Part shown: positions 23,513-34,037 of the stretch, one piece after another | How the letters are laid out: each line of letters starts with the position of its first letter | Numbering within the stretch: position 1 is the first letter of the stretch | Assembly (NCBI GenBank): GCA_046597055.1 | Contig: JBKJLC010000183.1 | Span: 1 to 48,490, forward strand | Source: Kofleriaceae bacterium | GTDB lineage: Bacteria > Myxococcota_A > Polyangia > Haliangiales > Haliangiaceae | Length of the DNA: 48,490 bases | Direction: 5' to 3' | The notes under the pieces: model-generated | What the model saw: only the letters and a program-made list of their open reading frames with translations | What the model was told of the DNA's origin: nothing | Database searches by the model: none | Made by a program: the position numbers and the translations under genes

Positions 23513-24730
23513 ATGGTTGCGTTCTCGTCTAGCCTCAGCTCTCGCCTGGTCTTCTCGCTGTCCCTGGCCGCCGCGACGGTGGCCGCGCTCGCGCTGGATG
23601 TCTCGCCGGCCGCGGCGCAGAGCCCGAAGGACCGCGCCGAGGCCCTCAATAACGAGGGCAAGCAGCTCCTCAAGGCCAAGCCGATGCGCGCGGCCGAGGC
23701 CGCCGAGAAGTTCCGGGAAGCGATCGTGCTCGTCCCCGACGGCGGCTACTACTACAACCTCTGCATGGCCCTCTATCACGAGGGCAAGCTGGGCGAGGCG
23801 TACACCGCCTGCAAGGCGGTCGGTCCCAACGGCGGCAACGAGGCAGCGGTGAAGCAGTCCTCGACGATCGTCGAGAAGCACATCCGCCCCCAGATGCTCG
23901 CGGCCGGCATCGATCCGGACGCGCCCCCCGACAACACCGGCGGCGGCACCGGCGGTGATGGCGGCGCCGGCGGTGATGGCACCACCGGCGGCGACGGCAC
24001 CTCCGGTGGCACCGGCGGTGATGGCACCGGCGGCGACGGCACCGGCGGCGGTGGCGGTAGCGAAGGAGGCGCGGGGAGCAGCGGCGCCGGCGGCGCCGGC
24101 TCGCCCCAGAACTTCACGGTGGCCCCGCCGCCGTCGCTGTTCACGGTGACCACCCCGCCCGGCCACAGCTACACCTGGACGCTCGGCGCCCAGCTGCTCG
24201 GCATGTCGACCTCGATGGGCCAGCAGGACGCGTACGCCAGCGGCGGCGCCGGCTTCCGCTTCACCGGCGACTACAACCTCGTCCCGTCGCAGAACCTCGG
24301 CGCCCAAGCGTACGTCGACGTCACCAGCGTCGGCGAGGGCGACGTCGCCGAGACGCTCAACGTGTTCGACCTCGGCATCGCCGGGTTCAAGGAGCTCTGC
24401 GCCGGTCGCGCCTGCTTGAAGCCGCTGGTCGGTGCCCACCTCGGCCTGTTCCAGACCGGCAGCCAAGAGAACACGGACGGCCAGGTCAGCATGGCCGCGT
24501 TCGGCCTGCGCGCCGAGATCGGCGCCGAGTACGCGATCGGCACCCGCTACGAGCACCTGATCACCGCCGGCCTGGGCGCCAACGTCTACACCGCGGTGGG
24601 CGGCGAGACCGACGGCATGGCCGAGGCGCTCCGCCTCGACGAGGCCAGCTCGATGGTCTACTTCGGCCTCGGCTACACGTACCGGTTCAACACGCCGCTC
24701 GGCTCCTCGCCGTTCTTCCAGCTGCAGTGA
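23513..24730 (+). CDS. secreted TPR + Gly-rich linker + probable outer-membrane beta-barrel protein
   Basis: GGAGG RBS; signal peptide; TPR-like helices (AEALNNEGK...YYYNLCMALY); GGDGT-rich linker; alternating beta-strands ending YFGLGYTYRF. Confidence 0.7.
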   Translation: MVAFSSSLSSRLVFSLSLAAATVAALALDVSPAAAQSPKDRAEALNNEGKQLLKAKPMRAAEAAEKFREAIVLVPDGGYYYNLCMALYHEGKLGEAYTACKAVGPNGGNEAAVKQSSTIVEKHIRPQMLAAGIDPDAPPDNTGGGTGGDGGAGGDGTTGGDGTSGGTGGDGTGGDGTGGGGGSEGGAGSSGAGGAGSPQNFTVAPPPSLFTVTTPPGHSYTWTLGAQLLGMSTSMGQQDAYASGGAGFRFTGDYNLVPSQNLGAQAYVDVTSVGEGDVAETLNVFDLGIAGFKELCAGRACLKPLVGAHLGLFQTGSQENTDGQVSMAAFGLRAEIGAEYAIGTRYEHLITAGLGANVYTAVGGETDGMAEALRLDEASSMVYFGLGYTYRFNTPLGSSPFFQLQ

Positions 24731-24774
24731 CGCGGGGCCGGGCGCCCGGCGCCCGCGCGCGGTGGGCCGCTGTC

Positions 24775-24897
24775 GGCCCTTCGACACGGCACCTCCGGCG
24801 CCGGCTCAGGGCCACCGGGAAAGGGAAAGCCTGTCGATCAACGGGCGCACCGTGATCAATCGCGTGGACCGCGCTTCGACACGGCCCCTGGGCGCCG
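24775..24897. repeat. two REP-like hairpin elements
   Basis: CTTCGACACGGC occurs at 24779 and 24874, each followed by a CGGC...GCCG hairpin. The first copy is enclosed by GGCCCT/AGGGCC (24775-24813). Confidence 0.6.
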
Positions 24898-24955
24898 AGC
24901 GGTTGAACGGTGGCGCGCCCGGCGGCGCCCGCGGCCACCACCGACCGCGCGACGG

Positions 24956-25900
24956 TCACAGGTCGTCGGGATCGTCGTGGTCGGCGCCGACCGCGACCCG
25001 GCGCTGCTCGTACCAGGCGTGCAGCCGCGGGAAGCTCTCGGCGAGGAACTCGGTCGCCAGCCGCGGCGCGGCCTCGCGCAGAAGCAGCGTCTCCATCTCC
25101 TGGTCGCCGCGGCCGCCGAGTGCCCAGGCGAGCAGGACCAGGTTGGTGCCGAAGCGGCTGCAGCCGAGCGCGACCTTGGACCAGTCGTAGAGCTCGTCGT
25201 CACCCGGCAGCAGGCCGAGGTCGCTGGCGGCGAACGCGATCACCAGATCGGTGAGCGACAGCTCGAGCGCGAAGTAGTCGCCGCGCGGTGCGCCGTCGAG
25301 CTCGGCGCGAGCGGTGCGCGCCGCGTCGACCTTGCCCATCACGGCGAGCAGCTGGGTCCGATCGAACGCGCAGACCCAGTACATCGCGCGTCGGCGCCGC
25401 GGGCCGACCGAGCCGATCGCGCGGTCGTAGAGCGCCAGCGCGGCGTCGGTCTGGCCTCGCTGCCACTCCAGCTTGCCGCGCAGATAGAACAGGAACGGCC
25501 GGAGCGGCTCGGCGACGTGACCGGACTCGAGCTTGGCGACCGCGGTCAGCGCCTCGTCGCGCCGTCCCGCCGACGCCAGGACCAGCGCCTCGCGCGCCTT
25601 GCGCCAGGATCGGGTCTGGCGCCACATCATGCCGCCGAACACCATCCCGCAGAGGACGCCGATCAGCGGTCCCGCGAGCGCCGCGACCGCCACCACGCCG
25701 ACCCCGGCCACGCCGCTCACCGCGGTCCAGGCCGCGGCCTGCTGGCGCCGCATCGCCTTGCCGCCCATGACCTGGCCGTGCTCGTCGAGCAGCAGGACCT
25801 CGCCGGGCTTGGCGCTGGCCAGCGAGCTAGACACGCGCCACGACAGCGCGGTGGTCTCCTCGTCGAGCAGCGCCGGCAGGGTGTCGGTCTCGGACGTCAC
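24956..25900 (-). CDS. membrane-anchored TPR-like hypothetical protein
   Basis: Two adjacent TM segments, then helical repeats (FYLRGKLEWQRGQTDAALALYDRA). GTGA overlap with the GIY-YIG gene; GGAGG RBS. Confidence 0.65.
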   Translation of the reverse strand: MTSETDTLPALLDEETTALSWRVSSSLASAKPGEVLLLDEHGQVMGGKAMRRQQAAAWTAVSGVAGVGVVAVAALAGPLIGVLCGMVFGGMMWRQTRSWRKAREALVLASAGRRDEALTAVAKLESGHVAEPLRPFLFYLRGKLEWQRGQTDAALALYDRAIGSVGPRRRRAMYWVCAFDRTQLLAVMGKVDAARTARAELDGAPRGDYFALELSLTDLVIAFAASDLGLLPGDDELYDWSKVALGCSRFGTNLVLLAWALGGRGDQEMETLLLREAAPRLATEFLAESFPRLHAWYEQRRVAVGADHDDPDDL

Positions 25901-26202
25901 GACTCCTCCAGTCTACGCGAACTCGGCGCCGGGACGACGTCGAGGTCGGCCGGGGGCGGGTCGATCGGGAGCAGGCGCGCGTCGCCGCGCCGCTGCTTGA
26001 CCGTGTACTCGACCGACTGAGCGCCGCTCTGGGTCGGCCACGGGCCCACCACCTGCCCGACCCGCCAGGGTCGGCCCGCCCGGGTCGCGCGCGCCCCGCC
26101 CCGCAGCTCGCCGTTGTGCTGGCGGAGCCGGCGGTCGACGTCCTTGGCGACGCCAACGTAGGTGCGGCCCGCGCGCGAGACCAGGACGTAGACGAACCAC
26201 AT
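25897..26202 (-). CDS. GIY-YIG nuclease family protein (SLX1-like)
   Basis: WFVYVL...TYVGVAKDVDRRLRQHNGELRGGARATRAGRPW...AQSVE. Start at ATG 26202. Confidence 0.88.
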   Translation of the reverse strand: MWFVYVLVSRAGRTYVGVAKDVDRRLRQHNGELRGGARATRAGRPWRVGQVVGPWPTQSGAQSVEYTVKQRRGDARLLPIDPPPADLDVVPAPSSRRLEES

Positions 26203-26365
26203 TCCGCTCGCTGGTTTGTACCCCGAGCATCGGTGCAGATTTGCCACCATCGTGGTCGAGGTCAGCCGGGGATCTGGTAGGGTCCGAGCGCCGATCGACG
26301 CGACCGGAACGACCAGTCGACTCGTTGCATCGGACCCAGACGGGCCACTCGATGGAGCACCAGAC

Positions 26366-27660
<1,295 letters not shown>

Positions 27661-27664
<4 letters not shown>

Positions 27665-28092
27665 TCGTCGCCGTGCCGCAGGTCTCGGAGCCGACCTCCT
27701 CGGCGCTCACCCACGGTATCCGGGTGACGGTGCGCTCGCAGTATCTGTCCGAGCAGTCGTCGCCCGAGCAGCGCCGCTACGTGTTCGCATACACGGTCGC
27801 GATCTCGAACGAGGGCACCAGCCCGGCCCAGCTGCGCACCCGTCACTGGGTGATCACCGACGGCCACGGCAAGATCGAGGAGGTCCGCGGCGACGGCGTG
27901 ATCGGCGAGCAGCCGCGGCTCGCGCCGGGGGAACGCTTTCAGTACACCTCGGGCTGCGTGCTCGAGACCCCGATCGGCACGATGCACGGCAGCTACCAGA
28001 TGATGCGCGACGACGGGAGCTGGTTCGACGCCGAGATCGGAACGTTCTCGCTCGTGATGCCGCACGACAGCGACCGCGGCGCGCTGAACTGA
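27661..28092 (+). CDS. apaG: ApaG (DUF525) protein
   Basis: YVFAYTVAISN, QLRTRHWVITD, VRGDGVIGEQP, YTSGC...GTMHGSY; GTGA overlap with gltA. Confidence 0.93.
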
Positions 28093-28191
28093 GCTAATAG
28101 CGCTGCGATTTCGGCTGGTTGCGCGCCGGACCCGGGCCCGCCCGACTTTGTGCAAAGCTCGGGGGCCACGTCCGGGTCCAACGCCATACCG

Positions 28192-28848
28192 ATGACTCCT
28201 GCGCAGCGTGAGGGCGAGACCGCCGCGCGCCTGGTCGCCCTGGCCAAGGCGGGGGACCCACGCGCCTTCGAGGAGCTGGTCCGGCGCTACCGCAAGCGCA
28301 TCTTCGCGCTCGCGCTGCACCTGACCGGCACGCCGTCCGACGCTGACGACATCGCGCAAGACGTGTTCATGCGCGCGTACAAGGCCCTCGACCGCTTCGA
28401 GGGTCGCAGCGAGTTCTTCACGTGGGTCTACCGCATGGCGGTCAACCGCTCGCTCAACAAGCGGCGTGACAAGGGCCGACGCAACGAGGATCCGCTCGAG
28501 GATCCGCGCGTCGAGTACGCGGTCGCGGTCGACTCGCACGGCGATCCGCAGCGGGCCGCCGAGCTGCGCCAGACCTACGCCCGCCTGCTGCGCGCCCTCG
28601 ACTCGCTGCCGGCCGAGATGCGGACGTCGGTCGTGCTGGTCTCGCTGCAGGGCATGGCGCACGCCGAGGCCGCGATCGTCCAGAAGTGCAGCGAGGGCAC
28701 CATCGCCTGGCGCATGCACGAGGCGCGCGGCCGGCTGCACGCCGCGATGAGCCCCGACGCGATCCGCAAGCGGCGGCCGCTGTCGAGCGAGCTCGAAGGC
28801 TTGCTCAGCGAGCTGGGCCTGCCGATCCTGCTGCCCGGCCGGGCCTGA
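28192..28848 (+). CDS. ECF sigma factor (RpoE-like) with short C-terminal extension
   Basis: GDPRAFEELVRRY, DADDIAQDVF, FFTWVYRMAVN, region 4 EGTIAWRMHEAR. Confidence 0.9.
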   Translation: MTPAQREGETAARLVALAKAGDPRAFEELVRRYRKRIFALALHLTGTPSDADDIAQDVFMRAYKALDRFEGRSEFFTWVYRMAVNRSLNKRRDKGRRNEDPLEDPRVEYAVAVDSHGDPQRAAELRQTYARLLRALDSLPAEMRTSVVLVSLQGMAHAEAAIVQKCSEGTIAWRMHEARGRLHAAMSPDAIRKRRPLSSELEGLLSELGLPILLPGRA

Positions 28849-28928
28849 CCGCGGCCGCGGCGGGCCGGGGCCGCGTCGGCCGCCGGCTGACGTTGCGCGC
28901 TCGCGGCCGGAGGTCGACACTCGCCCGG

Positions 28929-30527
28929 ATGGCGCGACGGTCGCTCACGGAGCTGGGGATCCTGGTCGTGATCATCGGCTTCCACGTGGCGCTGTTCACG
29001 CCGACCGTCGGGCATCGGTTCGTGTGGGACGACGTCCACGAGATCGAGCACAACCCGGTGTTCGAGCAGCCGATCGGCGACGGCCTGTGGTCGACCCAGA
29101 CCGAGCGCACCGACCCGACCCTGACCGAGCTGACCGAGCTCGAGCTCGCGTACGACAGCTACCGGCCGCTCCTGTTCGTGAGCTACTGGGTCGATCTCCG
29201 CCTGTGGGGCCGGGGCGCGGCGCCGCTGCACGCCGTCAACGTCGCGCTCGGCGCGCTCGGGATCCTGTTCGCATACCTGGTGGCGCGGCAGCTCCTGCAG
29301 CGCGCTGGCGACCGCTCGCCGGTGCCCGCGCTGGTGACGACCGCGGTGTTCGCGCTGCACCCGCTGCAGGTCGAGACGATCGCGTACATCTCGGCCCGCG
29401 GCGATCTGCTGGCCGGGCTGTTCGCGCTGGTCGCGACCTACGCGGCGCTGCGCGGGCTGACGGTCACCCGGGCCCGCCCGGCCTGGGTCGCGCTGGCGGC
29501 GGCGGCGTTCGCGGCGTCGCTGCTGTGCAAGGAGGCCTACCTCGCGCTGCCCGTGGCGATCGCGGCGCTGGCCTGGGTCGGCGCGGGCGATGCCGGGCCC
29601 GGGCGCGCGCGCTGGTGGCTCCCGGCGGTGCTGGGGGGGATCGCGATCGGCTACCTGGTCCTGCGCGCGGCGATCGTCACCGCGACCACCGGCGGCGCGA
29701 TCGGCGACGCCGCGCTCGGCCTCCCCGGGGTCTGGCTCGAGTACCTGCGCATCGCGGTCATGCCGCTCGACCTGTCGACCGAGCGACTGTACCGGGCCAG
29801 CCTGGCGCCGATCGGCTGGATCGTGATGGTGCTGGCGGTCGCGGCCGCAGGGTATCGCTGGCGGACCCGCCCCGGGCCGCTGGCCCCGGCGCACCAGGTC
29901 GCCCTCGCCGGCCTCGGGTGGATGCTGCTCCTGCTCGCGCCGTCGGCGATCGCCGTGATCTCGACCGGCGTGGCCGCCGATCGCTACGGCTACCTGCCGC
30001 TGTTCGGGCTGGGGCTCGCGCTCGGTCAGCTCGCGCACGGGCCGGCCCGGCTGCGCCGGCTGATCCTCGGGGTCGGCATCGCCTGGGCAGCGCTGTGCAT
30101 CTTCGTCGGGATCCGCCAGGTGCCGGTGTGGCAGGACAACCGCACGCTCTATACCCACGCCGCGGTGATGGCGCCGGCGAGCTCGATGGCGCACTACCGC
30201 CTGGCCTATCTCGACGTGCAGGCGGGCAACTGGGCCGCGGCGATCCCACGGCTCGAGCACGCGGTCGCGCTCGACGGCCGCAACGTGCGTGCGCTCAACA
30301 ACCTCGGCGTCGGCTTCATGCGCCAGCGCGATTTTGCGGGCGCGGAGGTGGCGCTGGCCCGCGCGATCGCGGCCAACCCGGCCCACTTTCGCGCGTGGTT
30401 CAACCTCGGGGTCGCGCGGGTGGCGCTCGGCAACCGCACCGATGGTTGCGCGAACATCGCGCGCGCGGTCGAGCTCAACCCCCACTATCAGGCGGCCTTA
30501 GCCGAGCTCGAGCGTACCTGCAAGTGA
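28929..30527 (+). CDS. GT-C glycosyltransferase with C-terminal TPRs (TMTC-like)
   Basis: FVWDD, YRPL, HPLQVETIAYISARGDL, CKE, ADRYGYLP, WQDNRTLY, followed by TPR repeats. Confidence 0.8.
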   Translation: MARRSLTELGILVVIIGFHVALFTPTVGHRFVWDDVHEIEHNPVFEQPIGDGLWSTQTERTDPTLTELTELELAYDSYRPLLFVSYWVDLRLWGRGAAPLHAVNVALGALGILFAYLVARQLLQRAGDRSPVPALVTTAVFALHPLQVETIAYISARGDLLAGLFALVATYAALRGLTVTRARPAWVALAAAAFAASLLCKEAYLALPVAIAALAWVGAGDAGPGRARWWLPAVLGGIAIGYLVLRAAIVTATTGGAIGDAALGLPGVWLEYLRIAVMPLDLSTERLYRASLAPIGWIVMVLAVAAAGYRWRTRPGPLAPAHQVALAGLGWMLLLLAPSAIAVISTGVAADRYGYLPLFGLGLALGQLAHGPARLRRLILGVGIAWAALCIFVGIRQVPVWQDNRTLYTHAAVMAPASSMAHYRLAYLDVQAGNWAAAIPRLEHAVALDGRNVRALNNLGVGFMRQRDFAGAEVALARAIAANPAHFRAWFNLGVARVALGNRTDGCANIARAVELNPHYQAALAELERTCK

Positions 30528-30572
30528 GCGGTCTACGTCACACCGCGAACCGGCTTCGGAGCCCCCAGCGGC

Positions 30573-30601
30573 TTGAGCCAGGCAGGCGACGTTCGTAGGA
30601 T
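30573..30601 (+). promoter_or_regulatory. sigma70-like promoter of the OmpA-family gene
   Basis: TTGAGC, 17-nt spacer, TAGGAT, then 9 nt to ATG 30611. Confidence 0.55.
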
Positions 30602-30610
30602 GACCCCGCC

Positions 30611-31138
30611 ATGCGATCCATCGCCAGCTCCGTCCTTCTGGTCGGCCTGCTCTCGAGCGGCGCCTGTTCGCTGGTCACGGTCCAGCAGCAGCCCTTCCCG
30701 CCGCTCGTGATCAGCGCCGACCGTCCCAAACCACCGCCGCCGCGCGTGGTCCTCACCGACTCGAACATCCAGATCCTGGACAAGGTCCAGTTCGAGCTCG
30801 GCAAGGACACCCTGCTGCCGGTCTCGTTCCCGCTGCTCGATCAGGTCGCGCAGGTGATGGTCGAGAACGCGCAGATCGAGATCATCGAGGTCCAGGGGCA
30901 CACCGACTCGACCGGCGGCGACGCGATCAACCGCAAGCTGTCGCAGGGCCGGGCCGAGTCGGTCCGCAAGTACCTCGCCGGCAAGGGCGTCGCGACCAAG
31001 CGGCTGCAGTCCAAGGGCTATGGGCCCGACGTGCCGATCGCCGACAACGCGACCGACGTGGGCCGCGAGATCAACCGCCGGGTCGAGTTCAAGATCATCA
31101 AGCAGGGTCCCAAGAAGACCCTCGTGCAGGAGGACTGA
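30611..31138 (+). CDS. OmpA-family peptidoglycan-binding lipoprotein
   Basis: Lipobox SGAC; VQFELGK, VQGHTDSTG, NRKLSQGRA, NRRVEF. Confidence 0.92.
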   Translation: MRSIASSVLLVGLLSSGACSLVTVQQQPFPPLVISADRPKPPPPRVVLTDSNIQILDKVQFELGKDTLLPVSFPLLDQVAQVMVENAQIEIIEVQGHTDSTGGDAINRKLSQGRAESVRKYLAGKGVATKRLQSKGYGPDVPIADNATDVGREINRRVEFKIIKQGPKKTLVQED

Positions 31139-31139
31139 G

Positions 31140-31502
31140 ATGCGCCGCACCATCATCTGCGTCGGGTTGCTCGTCGCCACCGGCGCCTGCGCCAAGAGCG
31201 GCATGGGCGCCGCGGTCCGGACCGACGTCAGCGCCCGGATGGCGACGATCGAGGCGCCGGTCCAGGACTGCTACGCGACCGCGCTGAAGAAAGACCGCAA
31301 GCTGCGCGGCACGATCGTGCTGCAGTTCCTCGCCGCCCCCGGGACCGGCCAGTTCGAGCAGGTCACGGTCGCCCAGCAGGGCCTGACCAACCCCACGCTG
31401 ACCCAGTGCCTGGTCGACGAGGTGTCGAAGCTCAAGCTCGCGGCGCCGCAGAAGACGGCGATCGCGGTCGAGTACCCGATCCGCTTCCAGCCGACCAAGT
31501 AG
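31140..31502 (+). CDS. AgmX/PglI C-terminal (TonB_C-like) domain lipoprotein
   Basis: Lipobox TGAC; VQDCYATALKKDRKLRGTIVLQF...LTQCL...VEYPIRF; starts 1 nt after the OmpA stop. Confidence 0.75.
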   Translation: MRRTIICVGLLVATGACAKSGMGAAVRTDVSARMATIEAPVQDCYATALKKDRKLRGTIVLQFLAAPGTGQFEQVTVAQQGLTNPTLTQCLVDEVSKLKLAAPQKTAIAVEYPIRFQPTK

Positions 31503-31562
31503 CGGCGCGGCGAGTCGGCGCGCGATCCCCTCGGGCGCGCCGAGTGATGTAGGGTGCGCGCG

Positions 31563-32015
31563 ATGAGCACCATCCCCAACCGCTCCACGACCCACCGCGA
31601 CGTCGACATGGGACGGCTCGCCAGCCTCGGCCTCGAGCTCGAGGAGCTGGCCGAGACCGGGCCGCTGACCACCGACCGCGTCATCGAGCTGGCGGAGGAG
31701 CAGGGCAAGCCGGCGAGCCACTACTACGCGGCGGTCGCGCTCGCGACCGAGCTCGAGCTGCCCACCGCGCCGGTGACGGCCGTGTTCTGCGCCGGCAAGT
31801 GCCAGAGCTGGGGCGCGCTCGACGCGATCGACGCCGCGGTCGCCGCCTGGGAGAAGCAGCCGGGCGCGTTCGCCATCGGCGTCCGCACCTGCCTCGACAA
31901 GTGCTTCGACGCGCCGGTGTGCGAGCTGCGGACGCCCGCCGGCACCGCGACCCTGCTGCGGTGCAAGCCGGCCGAGGTCGTCGCCGCGATCGCCGACGCG
32001 CTGGCCACGGCCTGA
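31563..32015 (+). CDS. NuoE-like [2Fe-2S] thioredoxin-fold ferredoxin
   Basis: N-terminal GPLTTDRVIELAEEQGKPASHYY resembles the NuoE helical domain; Cys motifs FCAGKCQSWGA and TCLDKCFDAPV. Confidence 0.7.
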   Translation: MSTIPNRSTTHRDVDMGRLASLGLELEELAETGPLTTDRVIELAEEQGKPASHYYAAVALATELELPTAPVTAVFCAGKCQSWGALDAIDAAVAAWEKQPGAFAIGVRTCLDKCFDAPVCELRTPAGTATLLRCKPAEVVAAIADALATA

Positions 32016-32109
32016 TCTGAGACAGTCCGTTTCGCGGGAATAGGGAGCCTGGTCGCGCGGTTGGCTGGTCACCCCCGGGGGCCGGCGCTACGGTACCTGG
32101 GTCGATCCG

Positions 32110-32781
32110 ATGCTCCGCCTGTCGAAGATCAACAAGTTCTATCGGGTCGGGGCGCACAGCCTCCACGTGCTGCGCAACGTCGACATGGAGGTCGGCGACG
32201 GCGAGATGGTCGCGATCATGGGGTCGTCGGGGTCGGGCAAGTCGACCTTGCTCAACATCCTCGGCATCCTCGATGGCTACGATGCCGGCGAGTACTGGCT
32301 GGGCGACACGCTGATCCGCAGCCTGTCGGAGACCCAGGCGGCGCGCTACCGCAACCGCTTCATCGGCTTCATCTTCCAGTCGTTCAACCTGCTGCCGTTC
32401 AAGACCGCGGTCGAGAACGTGGCCCTGCCCCTCTACTACCAGGGCGTGCCGCGCCGGCAGCGCAACCGCACGGCGATGCAGTACCTCGAGCGCGTCGGGC
32501 TCGCCGAGTGGGCCGAGCATCGGCCGTCGGAGATGTCCGGTGGCCAGAAGCAGCGGGTCGCGATCGCGCGCGCGCTGATCGCCAAGCCGCGCATCATCCT
32601 CGCCGACGAGCCGACCGGCGCCCTCGACTCGACCACCAGCGGTCAGATCATGGATCTGCTCAGCGAGATTCACGAGAGCGGCATCACGACGATCATCGTC
32701 ACCCACGAGGCCGACATCGCCGCGCGCGCCCAGCGCACGATCCGCCTGCGCGACGGCAAGGTCGAGCTGGCGAGCGCCTGA
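32110..32781 (+). CDS. ABC transporter ATP-binding protein (MacB/LolD type)
   Basis: GSSGSGKST, FIFQSFNL, MSGGQKQRVAIARAL, ILADEPTGALD, VTHE. Confidence 0.95.
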   Translation: MLRLSKINKFYRVGAHSLHVLRNVDMEVGDGEMVAIMGSSGSGKSTLLNILGILDGYDAGEYWLGDTLIRSLSETQAARYRNRFIGFIFQSFNLLPFKTAVENVALPLYYQGVPRRQRNRTAMQYLERVGLAEWAEHRPSEMSGGQKQRVAIARALIAKPRIILADEPTGALDSTTSGQIMDLLSEIHESGITTIIVTHEADIAARAQRTIRLRDGKVELASA

Positions 32782-34026
<1,245 letters not shown>

Positions 34027-34037
34027 GGAGGCTGCAC

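Noticed and set aside
24731..24955. CRISPR array or tRNA in the intergenic region
   Set aside because: Only two short repeat copies with no regular spacers and no cas genes; the TTCGA-containing stems do not form a cloverleaf.
25897..26202. GIY-YIG as a homing endonuclease of an intron or mobile element
   Set aside because: It is a minimal SLX1-like domain with no DNA-binding extension, and no interrupted host gene or intron structure surrounds it.
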